A DNA stretch of 64,000 nucleotides from Polymyxa betae A26-41 (taxonomy: Eukaryota; Protista; Endomyxa: Phytomyxea): NCBI GenBank assembly GCA_003693705.1, contig RBZT01000441.1, forward strand, positions 1-64,000. Reading direction: 5' to 3'. A program made the position numbers and the translations under genes. Shown one piece after another: positions 13,670 through 26,959 of the stretch. Position 1 is the first letter of the stretch. Every line of letters begins with the position of its first letter. The notes under the pieces were generated by a model that was not told where the DNA came from, ran no database searches, and saw only the letters and a list, made by a program, of their open reading frames with translations.

Positions 13670-14128
13670 CGTTGCTGATTAATGATCTGAGAATACGACT
13701 GCGACGATGGTGATGGGAGACGGCAGTACCAAGGGGACGTCAAGCGGCAACAGAAGCCGAACGACGGAATGGATGGGTGTAATAGATGGAAGGAGTTGAG
13801 AGCCACAAGTCCGTCACGGACACCGACTTCCTTTGAAAAAATTCGCATTTCTTCCCTGAAACTCTTTGAAAATTCGATTTCAAACGATCCATTTTGGCTT
13901 TGCTGTTGCAGTTTGGTTCGTTGAGCTCATTAGTTGAAACAAAGAGCAATCACAAAGTTGTTCACTTCTACTAAGCATTCCAAAGGTAGGGGTCGTTAGA
14001 AACCCACAAACACTCTTCCAACTGTAAACACGACGATGATTTTCTAATGATGTCAGTCGCCTCATTCTGGGACTACGAAAACATCACGACAATATCTTTA
14101 TTTTAGAAATCGAGTATAAGGGGAATGG

Positions 14129-15484
14129 TTAGGCAGCAGAGGCCGCCTCATATGTCTCTATATGATGGTGATGTCTTATAACGGGATCCTTCTTCTCCGT
14201 CTCACTTATCTTCATTGTCATGGCGTCACAGCTCGATTCGAGCTGTCTTGATCTAGCTGACACCGGCACCAGCTGCGACCAGAATCGGGCCAGATTCAGG
14301 CACAAATACAACGGCAGGTAAATCAAGTCAATCGGATGCCGACCCCAATACACCACAATCGATACGAGATTGCCTGCTAGAACGCTCATTGTCACGAACA
14401 TCGCCAACGTTAATATTGGCCAGGTCGGTTTCAGAATCGGGATCAAGACCAGACAGCAGATCAGATACAGAATTAATAGCATCTCCAACACGTCGAGTAG
14501 AATTCGAATGGCTAACAGGCTATGTCGACGCCAGATGCCGCCTGATAGCACGATGCCAGCACGACGAAGTCGACGACGATATTGACCCGCTGCCAGCAAA
14601 CGCGACCAGGCTTTCGGGCATCGAATGCTGACGAAACAGTCTTCCGATTTTTGGAAAGCGAAATCCCAACGGCTTCTGATGATCCACCTCCAGAGCGAAT
14701 CGGAAACAGTTTGATTAAATGAGATCGTGTTTTGAAATAGGCTGTCCTGAAGGATCGAGGTTCGTATGAGAGAGACATCTGGTAGTGAATGTAACGTTGC
14801 TGAGAAAGCATCATAAGCTTGTAGCTGGGCATTATTTTGTGATAGAATCATATCAAAGGCCAATTCTTTCAGATTCAGCTGGCCACTATTAGATGGTTGC
14901 AATTCGACGGATGGAGCCACCAGACCGATGTCCGGCTGGTCCAGAGGCACAAGCAGCCATTCGATCTTGCTGGGTGACGACCAGATCAGAAAGGGCGGCG
15001 ACAGAGCTATGAGTGGCGTGGTGACATTATTACAGCCGGTAAGGAGAGGATGGTCATTGGTTGTCGTCAATAATCGATACGGTAGAGTTGTCAGATTCGA
15101 TAGAGCTGATAATGCTATGCCATAGTTCTTGGACGCGCGAGGGACGACCACGATAGCGGCGGCCACATTCGACATCTGCCATGATAAAATGGCGGCTAAG
15201 AAATCCTCCAGATCGTCGTCGACATCGATCAGACAGACGATCGAGACATCTCGCCTCGTGTACGATTTCCGATTCGGCTCTGGGGCCGAGCTCGAATGCA
15301 ACAGCAGATTGACAGCATCGATGAGAAGAAAGAGGACCCGAAAGAATATCAGGATGATGATGGGCCCCAGGTAGAGCGGCGATACCTCATAGATCAGGGG
15401 ACCGAGCGCCTTCACCAACCAGATCGGCAGCATTTTCTTATGAGCGAGATTCCGCCCTCTGCCGGTCGGATAATCTTGACTCAT
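14129..15484 (-). CDS. Membrane glycosyltransferase family 2 (fungal Cps1/hyaluronan-synthase-like), catalytic motifs degenerate
   Basis: Intronless 451-aa ORF with an N-terminal TM, GT-A-like segments (WLLVPLDQPDIGLV, IRTSILQD, LWRWIIRSRWDFAFQ) and C-terminal TMs. Confidence 0.7.
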   Translation of the reverse strand: MSQDYPTGRGRNLAHKKMLPIWLVKALGPLIYEVSPLYLGPIIILIFFRVLFLLIDAVNLLLHSSSAPEPNRKSYTRRDVSIVCLIDVDDDLEDFLAAILSWQMSNVAAAIVVVPRASKNYGIALSALSNLTTLPYRLLTTTNDHPLLTGCNNVTTPLIALSPPFLIWSSPSKIEWLLVPLDQPDIGLVAPSVELQPSNSGQLNLKELAFDMILSQNNAQLQAYDAFSATLHSLPDVSLIRTSILQDSLFQNTISFNQTVSDSLWRWIIRSRWDFAFQKSEDCFVSIRCPKAWSRLLAAGQYRRRLRRAGIVLSGGIWRRHSLLAIRILLDVLEMLLILYLICCLVLIPILKPTWPILTLAMFVTMSVLAGNLVSIVVYWGRHPIDLIYLPLYLCLNLARFWSQLVPVSARSRQLESSCDAMTMKISETEKKDPVIRHHHHIETYEAASAA

Positions 15485-15591
15485 GCACCATTCTAGCGTC
15501 TACAAAACCTCAAGATCAAATCCGAAATCAGGGCCAGTACGAGCGCTGTGTTTCGGCGCAGGATGGCGCGTCCGATGGCGCAGACTATGTC

Positions 15592-16680
15592 ATGTTGATT
15601 GGTAGAAGAGGATGGCGATGCTCTCTGGGAAGGCATTGCCGGGACCGGCGGTTCAGCATGGAGACGAGCGCGAAGGTTGAGGAGGTGCTGCCGCCAGGCA
15701 GAGTCGATAGTTGGCTGCAGTTCGATGCAGAGCGGCATCGGTATTACTGGCGAGGTCGGCCATGTATCTCGGTGACGACCTTAGTGGCGTCCTTGTTCTC
15801 AAAGTAGGATTCATATCTACCTGGACGTATCGCATCACCATTTATCGTACAGATTCGATGCTGATGGGATCGTCGCACAGCATTATAATCGCTGGCAGCA
15901 AGATCCAGAGAGCAGTATGTGACATTTGTTGAACCAAGTGCTGGATTTCATAGACGAGTTCAAGTTTGGAACGAATTTTCCAATAATTTGTTGATATTGT
16001 GATAGAATATTGTGATTTGGAGCCGCATGCTATTAAAATGTTATGGTCCATGACCAGTGCTTTGTCTATAAAACAGGTTGGTTAAACATCGATTTGCAGA
16101 AATTCTATTCACTTTTCTAGGGTAATCTGCTCCATGCGTATATTGAAGCATTCTTCAAGCAGATCCCCCATATCGATAAGGATCAAGTTGGCCAAAAAGT
16201 GATCGACCAATTTCACACATTCTATGAGAAATTCGGCCCGTTCCAGAGAGTTAACGCTGAACGAAGAATTGTTCATCCAGATCTGTTACTGGCAGGAACT
16301 GTAGATTTAATTACTGCAGGTTCACAACCAAATGGTGTCATCCTGTTTGATTGGAAAAGGACTGCAAAAGATCTTTCTGCGAATGTCAGCAAAAAGTAAA
16401 AATTGTTGTGCATTCTATTTCCTATTTAATGAAAATGATCAGATATTCTGTAGTGTCGGGATTAGAGCACATTCCGGATACGAGTCTATCCAAATATTCG
16501 TTGCAGCTGAACATCTATCGATATATGTTAGAATCTGTATACAAACGAAAGGTCGAATCCATGTACCTGGTCCAATTCTCGGAGCAACTCCAAGATGGCT
16601 TTCTAGTAATCAAAGTGCAAGGTTTGCAGCGCGAGGTTCAAACTGTTCTCGATTTACGACGGCAAAGCATGACTGTTTAA
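15592..16680 (+). CDS. PD-(D/E)XK (RecB/Cas4-like) nuclease, multi-exon
   Basis: Motifs FDAERHRY..ISVTTLV, GNLLHAYIE, AERRIVHPDLLLAGTVDL, ILFDWKRT and YSLQLNIYRYMLE. Start is uncertain. Confidence 0.8.
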
Positions 16681-16856
16681 TAAATGCCTTTGCCATTATG
16701 GTAACAATAAAGTGGATAGAAAATTTCTGGAAAAAATGCGAAATATTTCGGAAACGAGGCTACGCCCTTCTTAAGGGCCTCACTTTTCATTGCACTTTAC
16801 ATTGATCGAGAATCTTGAATTTCTGCCGAGGCCGATAACGACTTGTACAGTCCGTT

Positions 16857-19714
16857 ATGTCAGAATCGGCTGCGATTGAGAGACTTAGCTCAGAGAATGA
16901 TGAGTTTGTGGATGTTTCCAGGACTGGGCATCACAAAGGAAACTTCGGAATGTTGCAGAACGATTTAGAATGGGTTAGGCGAGCAGAAACATCGTCTCAT
17001 CGTTTGTAATTAGCCTTCAAATAGGTTCGGAAATTAAACATTCATAACCCGATGATGAAAATGTCAACGAATGAAGTCAGATCGAAAATATTCAACTCTT
17101 CTCGTGTACAGCAAGCGATGCATCGATGCCAAACTAATGGGAAAATGACTCAAAAGTACTATACAATCAGGAATGCCTTCTACATCTTTTACTAAATGGC
17201 ATTGTTCAGACAATGCAGGATAGCAGCGAATTCGATTTTAAGCGAAATGGTTGCTGCAGTACGCCCGTCTGTTCTGGTTCGCATTGCAATCCATGACTGG
17301 TTGATTTTTAATTGTTGTTTTGTGTAGCATCCTCTTGGTTTGGCTGCACGACCTCTCTGCAGTAATTCGAAACTGAAATCCATTTCTCGGACCTCACAAT
17401 AACTAGGGTACATATACAGAGGTGGAATCAATGTTAACAGCTCTGGAATTCAAAGGGTTGCTGAACGCATGAACTGGTTTTATTCATTGTGGAATTGACA
17501 ATGCTGCAGGTTAAAGACGCCTTAAACAAAGGCCCAGTAATACTGCTTCCAGTTCATCGATCACATTTGGACTATGTTACGATTAACGAATTAGTTTAAT
17601 GAAATCTCAAATGATAGTCAGATTGCTATTCAATTTGCTTCAGTTGCCAATGGATTGCCGGTTCCTTTTGTAATTGCTGGTGACAATCTGTAGGTATCTA
17701 TCAATGGATGTATTTACATCAGTTGATATTTGGGTCTGATAGAAACTTTCCAATTATTGGCCGAATATTGAAGAATGCTGGGGCTGTATTCATTCGCAGA
17801 AGCTTCGGTGCAGATTTGATATATTGGGCCGTATTTACTGAATACATGTCACAAATTTTACAGGTAAAGCTTCGTTCTCTCATTTATGCATGGTTTGTAG
17901 ATGAAATTGCTAAAGTCAGGATGCTTATTGGAATGCTTTATTGAGGGAGGTAGAAGTCGAAATGGAAAATCCATCCAGCCAAAATCGGGATTTCTGGAGG
18001 TTTGTTAATCATCGTTTACACTAAGAAATAAATTTTTAAAGCATTGTCAGGTGATTGTACAGCTCTTGGCAGAAGGCGCCATCGCCGATGTGACACTGAT
18101 CCCTGTAGGCATCGCCTATGATCGAATGGTTTCTATCCTGTTTCCTCTTGGGAATTCGCGTGTTAATTTAATTAGGTCGAGGGCAAGAGTTTCGTAAAAG
18201 AAATGCTTGGCTCAAACAAAGAACAGGAATCGCTAGCCGGATTTCTTCAGGCATCGGCTGAGTTCTTAAAAATGCATTTGGGCTCTGTTGATGTAAGCCA
18301 TCCGAATCGATATTTGTTGGAAGTTAACTTTGAGCAATTAGATCACAATAAGCGATAAGGTTTTCTCGATGAAATCGTACATGAGCACTGCGAAATATCA
18401 ATTAAATTCAGACAAGACGGATCGCTCCAGGTTTATCTCTGCATTATCACACATGATCTTATACGAGGCCAACTTGGTGACCACCGTCACCGTTCGTATT
18501 ACATTGATCATAATGTTTGGAGCTTGAACTCAGTGTAGGCATCGTCATTGGTCGCCGCTGTCCTGTTAACGAGCAGAACACGAGGCATTACAAGGGCGAC
18601 TGTTACTGAACGTGTTTCTGCAATAATTGACGATCTTCGCTCAAGAAATGCACCGCTATCACGTTTGATCTTGACGCAGCCGTTGTCCTTAGTTGTTGAT
18701 GGAGCTTTGAACCTTCTGGGTCGGCTGGTTACTAACAGAAATGGCGTTCTGTTTGGTTATTGGCATATGGAGTCGTTAGAACTTGGCATTTATCGTAATG
18801 CTGTGATACATTGGTGGGCCAGCGAAGCGATTGTTGCGGTAGCTTTAGTTGCCGTTTATCGACGCTTACACTATAAGGTTGCAATAATGCATTTTTGGTT
18901 TTAAGATGGTAGACCAAAACGATATTCAGTTAGACGGAGAGTCAACAGCTGGCGTCTCCAAAGAATCAACTTTGGAGAAAGTACGGTTCGTTAGCCAACT
19001 CTTAAAATCCGAGTTTATCTACAAGCCATCTTTCAATATTGAGAACAATTTCGCTGAAATTATCGCTGAACTGAAGGCAAGGTATGGTGCTTACAAGATG
19101 CAAGCTATAGAAATTAACGTAAAAAAAACAGAATGGTACTTGGAGAAGGCAAAGATGGGGTTGTGTATATTCGAGGTCGTCATGGCCTCAAGTACATATC
19201 TTTTTTGTGTATGCTTATTTGGCCCCTGATCGACGTCTATTACGTTTGTTGCACCACTCTGATGTCATTACCGAGATCCACAATTATCCAGGAATCTGCT
19301 CTTGTTGCAAAAGCTAGCGCAGCTGCTGAAGCCAGCTATTACAAAGGTCGCTAAATTGTTAGCAAATTGTCCTGTAATTTACAGACAGTACAGGTGAAAT
19401 GGCGTTTTATGAAAGCGTGTCTACTGATAGTATCAAGCACACTTTGAAGTGGTTCGAAAACAAAGGCGTGATTGCAGTACAGCCGATCATAGCGGTATTC
19501 CGTTGTCATGTTGTAACAATGTTGCATTAAGCTTGCACTACAGACTAACTCTCATAAGCCTCCGAAGCTGTACACGCTTTCGCCAGAATATTGTCCAGAA
19601 TCTGACTCTACTCCCAGCGTTCTGCTGCGGAATCTTGCAAGTTCGATTAAACAGTTCCGGGCAGAGACACCTGACGTTGATCAACGTCATTTTACTCTGT
19701 CGTCGAGACTGTAG
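16857..19714 (+). CDS. GNPAT: Dihydroxyacetone-phosphate / glycerol-3-phosphate acyltransferase (GNPAT-like) with C-terminal PTS1, many introns
   Basis: PlsC motifs HRSHLDY, GAVFIRRSF and FIEGGRSRNGK. The last exon ends ...TLSSRL*. Confidence 0.8.
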
Positions 19715-19931
19715 CACGACCGGCTTTTTGGCATCTTTGTATTAACATTCTTGTTTGTACTACTGACATGATGCAGAAATCGCATTGAACTTTAATTGTT
19801 TGATTGTCCGGCATCATCTTTTCAAACTGAGAGGCGAAGCAAAACACTGAAAGATAAACCGACGTCCAGCAATGAATATCAGATGGAATATTTTGAGTCC
19901 ATTTTTCAGATTCGTAGAAAATATAATTATA

Positions 19932-22910
19932 TTAAGAACTTGGCTGTGGTTTATATAGTGCCTCCAGTCTTGGATCCACACGAAGTTGGAGGTCCAAGGC
20001 TCTGTAAGTGGATGGTTAAGCGAAGCAGTCCAAACACAACAAAGAACGAACCTGAATTTCTTCATAGCCATCTTCTCGTGGCGGTGCAGACGAGCTTCAA
20101 GAATGTGAATACGAAACATTGTCGATTCGTAGAAAGCATTGTATTCTTCTTCTTCCTTATCAACATGAGGACCTTGGTTACGCTGATATGCCGTTTCTCT
20201 CTTCTTCAGCTTATCGTATTCTTCATTGAGTCGTCGCTGAATAATGTTGCCGCGTTTTAGCAGCCGTTCGGTTAGTGATGCCATACATTCGTCGCGAGCT
20301 TGTTCAGCCTGCTCTCTCAAGAGCGGTTTTCCTGTTGGAAATTGTGCCAGGAATGGCGCCAAGTAATCAATCGTTCTATGCTCGTTATCCTCGTAATTTC
20401 CAGTTTCGCTTTTAACTTGTTCTTTAGATTTTGTTCGAGGCTTGTCTTCTCCATTTCGTTCGAGGGCTGCTTCTTCGAGCTCTGCTTTCAGCTGGTTAAG
20501 CATTTCATTAAGTTCAGATTCCCTCTGCCTGATGATTGACATGAGTTCCTGGAATCATTAATCAGCGATTAAAACATAAGACGAGATTGAGAGATACTTT
20601 CTCAGATTGGACAAGTGCATTGAATTCCTCCCTAACGATGGCGCTTTGCAACGGATTCGTGTTTCCATCGACATTCCAAGTCAAAATTTCAGCTCCTTCT
20701 TTGCTGTAGATCTTTGACGAAGCTGTAACTCGACCTTGTAACGTATCAGAATTAAGCCTCTTTTTATGAACGAGATATCACCTGGACCATAATGATAATG
20801 GATTGCAATCTTACCCTGATCAATAAGGCTGACCTTCTTCTTAATGTTTTCGTCAGCAGGAACAGCAGGGTTCCTTATATTTTTGTTAGAAACTTTGGTT
20901 GATAAGCTTATTTACGTTAGCAAAACCTTGCAAAGCGTTCTGAAAATTTTACAACTGGAAGCTCATTCGCTCCTCCTGGATTGATTGAAAATCCCTTTAA
21001 TCGCCTCATCTTCGAATCAGACTCGTCAACAACTACAGCCCGATGGATGAGCCTATTTTCACAGCCCTGATATTCTTCGACAAACTGCATCATGTTAAAA
21101 ATTTTAGAAACATTAACAAACTATAAATAATTGCTACCCACCTTCTTATTGATCATCTCTGTCCGCTTGATGAGACCATCTACACGGGACTTGGGATAAA
21201 ATCGAATCAAGCGTTGAACTCCAGGAATCTCTATCAAATCCTGGATTCCGGAAGGTTTTCCAGGAGCATATCTGAGTTTAACACAGTCTGATATTTCACG
21301 TTCAGAATTTTCAATGTAACTATCACCAGTTACTCAACTGGTTTCTGGAAGTATGACTCTTTTGATTAAGTTATCCTTTCTCTGATCAAATAATTCCCGA
21401 ATTTCAATAACATTTTGGCGAGCATCGTCCTCAAAGAGTGTCAACCGTAAGACGAGGCCCTGCTTTCCAGGTAAAAGAGGTGCGAATTTCTCCAAATTGC
21501 ATTTGTTAAAGTAGAGTATTTTTTGGCCATCAGGAAACACGGATTTGATCAACTCGGAGGGAATGACGATTTTAGATGTCCACGATGACGCCTCTAGAAG
21601 CAATAGCTTACTGTTCCTGGGCGATTGGGAAATCTTTGGATCGAATATCCGTTCTCCTTTGTTGACCTAGCACAAGGTGAATTTGGCAACTTGCAAACGG
21701 CATTGTGCAGATACCTTATCCTTGACGATGATGTATTCCCAAGCTTCACTATCATCCAGATCGAAATATAAATCCTTAAGCTCACACGGTTTCTGAATAT
21801 TGATCCAGTAATTGGACTCGTTCCAGAGGCTTTCAATTCGTTGATATGGAGACTCATTTAACTAGCACAATTAATTCCAATGATTGCCAACAAAAAATCG
21901 TTTGTCACCTGATAGATAATTCCCGTACTAGGCTCAATAAACTGAACATTGCTGATATCGCGACGCCCAGGAAGCACCATAACCCAGCAATGTACACGCC
22001 TATCTTGATAGGGATCCTGGTATTTAAACGCCTGCGTCGCCCTTTTTGCAGACTCCTCAGCTAGATGAGCGCTTTCCGCCGCTTCTCGCTCAGCTAACAT
22101 TTGCAGGTGCTTCGAAACATGTGTTCGATCCCGATGAACATTGTATCTGTTATTCGACGATTGTTCGGTCGCGGCCGGCGCCGCTAACTGCGACGATAAA
22201 TCTTTGATCTGGACGTCGTCATCCCAAGCACTAGTTTTCAGTAATGGACATTGAACAGAGGTGAGGTCCTGCAATGTAATGGCGACTGGGGCGTAACCGC
22301 TCACAACGTAGGCGCGGAACCCTGCTCCACGTAGCACTGATACGAGAAGAGTGGAGAGATCTACACAGTCGCCTTCTCTCATTGCCACTATTGTCGAAGG
22401 TGATGGCAGGAAATCAGGGAGCAAGGTTGGCGTCTCTAGCGGGATGTAGTTGACAAAGTCGGCGACGAAGGTCGCGGTTTGTTGTAAATCGTACGTACGA
22501 GGGTATTTGAGTAGCGTCGGACGGATCGTGGAGCAGACGAACTTTCGAACGCCGCATTCGTTCATGGGACAGAGGTACAGGTTAGGTTTCAATGGGAATA
22601 ACTGCAAGAACTGTCGACGATAATGCTCGACATATTCGAGTTGGGCAATCTCTCGATCGGAATTCTGGCGGTATGGTTTGGGGAATTCGGATGGATCTAG
22701 CGATTCCAGACGCCGTTGTTTCTTACTGATGGGAGCTTGCTGGGATTGCGGAATGCTACAGGATGAAGTCAGATCTGTTATCACGCTAGCGACATCATTG
22801 ATACACTATTCCAACAGGCAAGGCTAACTGTTCTGGTTCTCTTGACCTCGATGTTAGTTTTTGATCAGTTATTGAATCATCTGGTGAAGGATCCACATCC
22901 AGAACATTCA
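19932..22910 (-). CDS. DRC7: Dynein regulatory complex subunit 7 (CCDC135), multi-exon
   Basis: Transglutaminase-like N-terminus NECGVRKFVCSTIRPT and C-terminus DYLAPFL...RGNIIQRRLNEE...FRIHILEARLHRHE. The 5' end is approximate. Confidence 0.9.
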
Positions 22911-23521
22911 TCCTGTCGCCGCAACTATTGACGTCGTAGGAACAAAATATTAGGCGTGTACCTGCTTCGATCTGACAATAACCTGTTGTACGATTTGCTA
23001 GGGGTTTAGGGTCGTGAGTTTGATTTTCTAAGTTTCACTTTATGAATACTGTTAGCTGAGCGAAACAAAACGAAATAGTTAGGATTCGAATCCACAGACA
23101 ATAACATCGAAGTAATGAAGCGACAATAAACATACTAATCATAAATTGAGAAGCTTTAATGGGTAGAGTATCAATTGTTGTAAAAGTTAACCGATTGGCA
23201 AATAGGTCGCTATACATTTTTAGCGACAATGAAAGTTAGCAGAATTCACGAAAATACCCATCTGAAGACGACGCATCTTATTCCGAAAATGCATTATCAA
23301 TGGATGGAATCTAGCATAAAGCGCTTCAAACTTAAGGATCAAGATTGCATGAGATTACGATTTTCAAATGGTTCGATGAAAACATTTAGCACGATTGATG
23401 TGATATTAGGGGAGCATTATTATATCATTGCAAAGTCCGTGTACGGAGTCCGCTTGACAATCCCCTCGTTGATTCCTCTGTTAGAACGCCCTCGAGGTCC
23501 AGTCTTGCTGCTTCTAGGATC

Positions 23522-24011
23522 ATGAAGTTCAACCCACGTGAGTTGCCGTCTTCGGATTAGATTCGTCTATGTTTTCTGACGCGATCTCGTAGTCGTCAGC
23601 TCTTCGCGCCGAAAGTCGCGCAAGGCCCATTTCGCCGCCCACTCTGAGGCCCGCCGTGTGATTATGTCGGCTCCTCTCTCCAAGGAGCTGCGTAAGAAGT
23701 ACAACGTTCGCTCGATGCCCATCCGAAAGGGCGACGAAGTGCAGGTTGCTCGTGGGTCGCTCAAGGCCCGCGAAGGCCCCATCGTCCAGGTCTATCGTAA
23801 GAAGTTCGTTGTCCATGTCAAGAACATCACCCGGGAGAAGGCTAACGGCCAGACCGTCTTCATCGGCGTCAACCCATCCAAGTGTGTTATCACTAAACTG
23901 GCATTGAACAAGGACCGCAAGGCTATCCTGGAGCGCAAGAACCGCGCTACTGCTGTTTCTAAGAAGGGCAAGTTCACTGAAGAGGATGTTGCCATGAAGT
24001 CTCTCGACTAA
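23522..24011 (+). CDS. RPL26: 60S ribosomal protein L26 (uL24)
   Basis: MKFNP, then intron 23538-23592, then [14 protein letters not shown]...[26 protein letters not shown]. Confidence 0.98.
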
Positions 24012-24302
24012 GCTTCTTGTCTTTCACTCTCTAAAAAATCACAATCTATTTCTATTTTTCCTGTCGATTGTTGTTTGCCCCAGAACTCTAGCGTCAGTTT
24101 CATCTGAATCGATACGCGTATTCTGTCGAAAACGTTTATAGATGCGTTTGAACATCTGATGGTTTCTTTCAGGCTCAGCGATCTTTGTTGAATGGATAAA
24201 GTTGTGTTTTATGTCTCTTCGTAAATTAGATCTATACCATCAAAACGCTTCTCACAGATTGTCACCAGATATACAGTGCATTCAAGTATGCAAAAACACT
24301 GT

Positions 24303-25852
24303 TCAATGTTGAGCGCTTATTCGTAACTGTAGCCGCTTTTGCGATTGATCGAGAAGTGAAGTTGAAGCAGACTTGCCGCTAACCCAATCGGTGTTTAGAA
24401 ACGCTTCAATACTCATTCGTGCATTTGGGTCGCTCTTCAGCAAGTGGGAGATGATGGTTTTTGCTAAACAATAACGTCGTCAGCTTCCATGATCACCAAA
24501 TACATAAACGGAACCCACCCTCCTGAGAAATTTTTTGCCATTCAGGCTCAGTGAAATCGAAACGCCCTTTACAGATATTGTCAATCAAGATTGGCTCTGT
24601 GGCGTCTCCGTATACATCAAATGCTGAACAAAGGAATAAGTTCAGCATCAAACGAATCAGCCAACGCGTTACGATGATATCCTGCAAGCATGATAAACAT
24701 GAGGACACCCAGGGCCCAGTTATCAACTTTCTCTGTATATGGCTTGCGACTAAACACCTGCCATCTTTCGTCAATTTTCTGATAACGAAAACAGATACAG
24801 AAGCAAATTACCTCAGGGGCACAGTACGCCCACGTTCCAATAACGGTGCTCATCATACCCTGAGGGGTACTCACGAACTTCGATAAACCGAAATCGACAA
24901 CTTTTAAAGGAGAATCTGGATCTTTGGTCTTTAATAGCAGATTCTCAGGTTTAAGGTCCCTAAACCCAAAGTTGTTCATAGATTTCCATTAATTTGTATG
25001 AACAAAAGAACCTATGAGCGATTTTGTTATTGTGCATATGTTGTATTGCTGATGCCAATTGACGAAGGAGTTCAGCTGCTCTGGCTTCACTATAGCTGCC
25101 TTCCGATACGATTCGAGTAAACAGATCGCCACCTCGACAATACTCCATAACGATGTAAAACCCATTGCCATCCTCAAAAAAGTCGTGCAGCTGTACGACA
25201 TTTGGATGCATCCCAACCTAACAAATATTTCATTGTCATGATTGCAACGATTATCGAGGTGAGACCTTCTGAAGTTGCCGAATCTCATCTTGTACAATCA
25301 TGTAGCTTTTAACAGCAGATTTCGTCACGTATTTCATTGCAAAATCTGAACGTGCGTTGTCATTAAACGATGCAAAATCATTGACGTCTGCTAACCTTGT
25401 CCTGAGGCTTTCTCTCTACAAACACGAACGATCCCGAAGCAGCCACGGCCGAGTTCCCGTCCAACTTCATATCGATCTTCGACACGACGAGATTCCACCG
25501 GTATGGGTGGCTCTGGAGCATTGGCGGCCCCCAGCAGAGAGCTGGCAGGCACCTTTGGCGCTGCATCTTTCTTGGGAGTTGGAGGAGGACTCTCCTTGGG
25601 AGGCTCATCCACTTGAACAATGATTTTATTCATGGTGATCGCCTCATTCTCACGATTTACAGGCCTTGATATTGGCTCGCCTGGTTCAATAACAGGTTTC
25701 GGGATAGGTTGGGTGTTTTGTTGCTGCTTCTGACCAGGCTGAGGTACCTGGTCCGGCTGGATGTGGCCTTGCTGTCCGGTCTGGTCAGGCTGATGCTGCT
25801 GGTTCTGTTGTAGATCATCAGGCTTGGATCCAGCAGAGCAGCAGCTACCCAT
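24303..25852 (-). CDS. CAMK-group Ser/Thr kinase with N-terminal MGSCC acylation motif, multi-exon
   Basis: Motifs ELGRGCFGIV, HPNVVQLHDFFE, HRDLKPENLL, VVDFGLSK and GTWAYCAPE, with a Q/P-rich N-terminal linker. Confidence 0.9.
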
Positions 25853-26959
25853 ACTTTGATCGGATCCTGCTGCTGCGATTCTGGCGTGTGCCTCTCAGAT
25901 CGTCAGAAAGCTATGATTTCGCTAAAAACCCTTGCTGCATGTAGAGCATACATGGTACTTGTGCTCAGGTATGGGTTTCAGGGTCTTAACCCAGGTGATA
26001 GAAGTCTCGCAACGAAACCCACCAATATCGATAAACGAATAAATCACGCCGAAGTCAGTTATTTTCTGAATCACAACGATATCAGTATAAGCGAAAACCG
26101 CCAATTTGGAAAAATATAACGCAGGAAGGATGAAGGCGAATACCATCACTCGTCTAGCTTACTTTGACAGGAAGCGCGATTACAGAGGCTGTTTGGGTTT
26201 CGGCCAACAAGCAGATCGTATCTGCTTTTATATTTCAAGATGCCATCAGAGAAAGTTCCATCAGACCTACAGAACATCTAGCAGCTATCAGGATCAGATT
26301 TCGAGATAGCACTCTAAGCCAGAAGCCATCAATTACGATGCTTCATTGTGAGTAACAAACACGATCGAGTCACTGAGAGTCGCCACTCTGTGCACAAACA
26401 ATCAATATCAAATTATTGTGGCCGAACTCGCCCTGCTGTTTGCACGGTCTCGAAACAAATCTGCTTCTATCCACGACCAAACAATCTGAACCTTGGAAAA
26501 CCTCAATACCTCGACAATATGGCCAAAGGCGGTATCTAATATTCCATGATGTTGACAAATGTCATAACATCGGATCTCACAAGCATCCCATACCATATAC
26601 AGTCACAAAAGGAACAGAAATTTGATACTATCACATCTGAATTTTGGGTTGCTTGTTATCTCTGTATTTCAAGTTTCAGCTGAAAGCTGTGGCAACCAAG
26701 ATGGCTTCATGGGATATTGATTGCGAGAAATCATTGAATGAGGACTGTCGTGTAATGCTTCCTTCAATAGAAACTGCTTCTTTTCATAATAAATGGCTTG
26801 TGTTCTATGTTACGCGCACTGTACCCCAACTGGTACCAAGGGGTCGCTTCGATTCGTCATTCTAATCTCGCCGGCGTTGTGTTCGTGTCGCTCGCTGTTT
26901 CGAGTTCGTTCACTCTCCCAGTTAATTAGATCGTCTTGTGTCATCACCGTTCTATCACC

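Noticed and set aside
9245-13678. Long + strand ORFs (9245-9790, 12554-12982, 13160-13678)
   Set aside because: They are antisense shadows of the KAE1 and eIF3c coding sequences.
25860-26930. Short ORFs between the kinase and tubulin as a possible gene or TE relic
   Set aside because: No recognisable motif or consistent frame.
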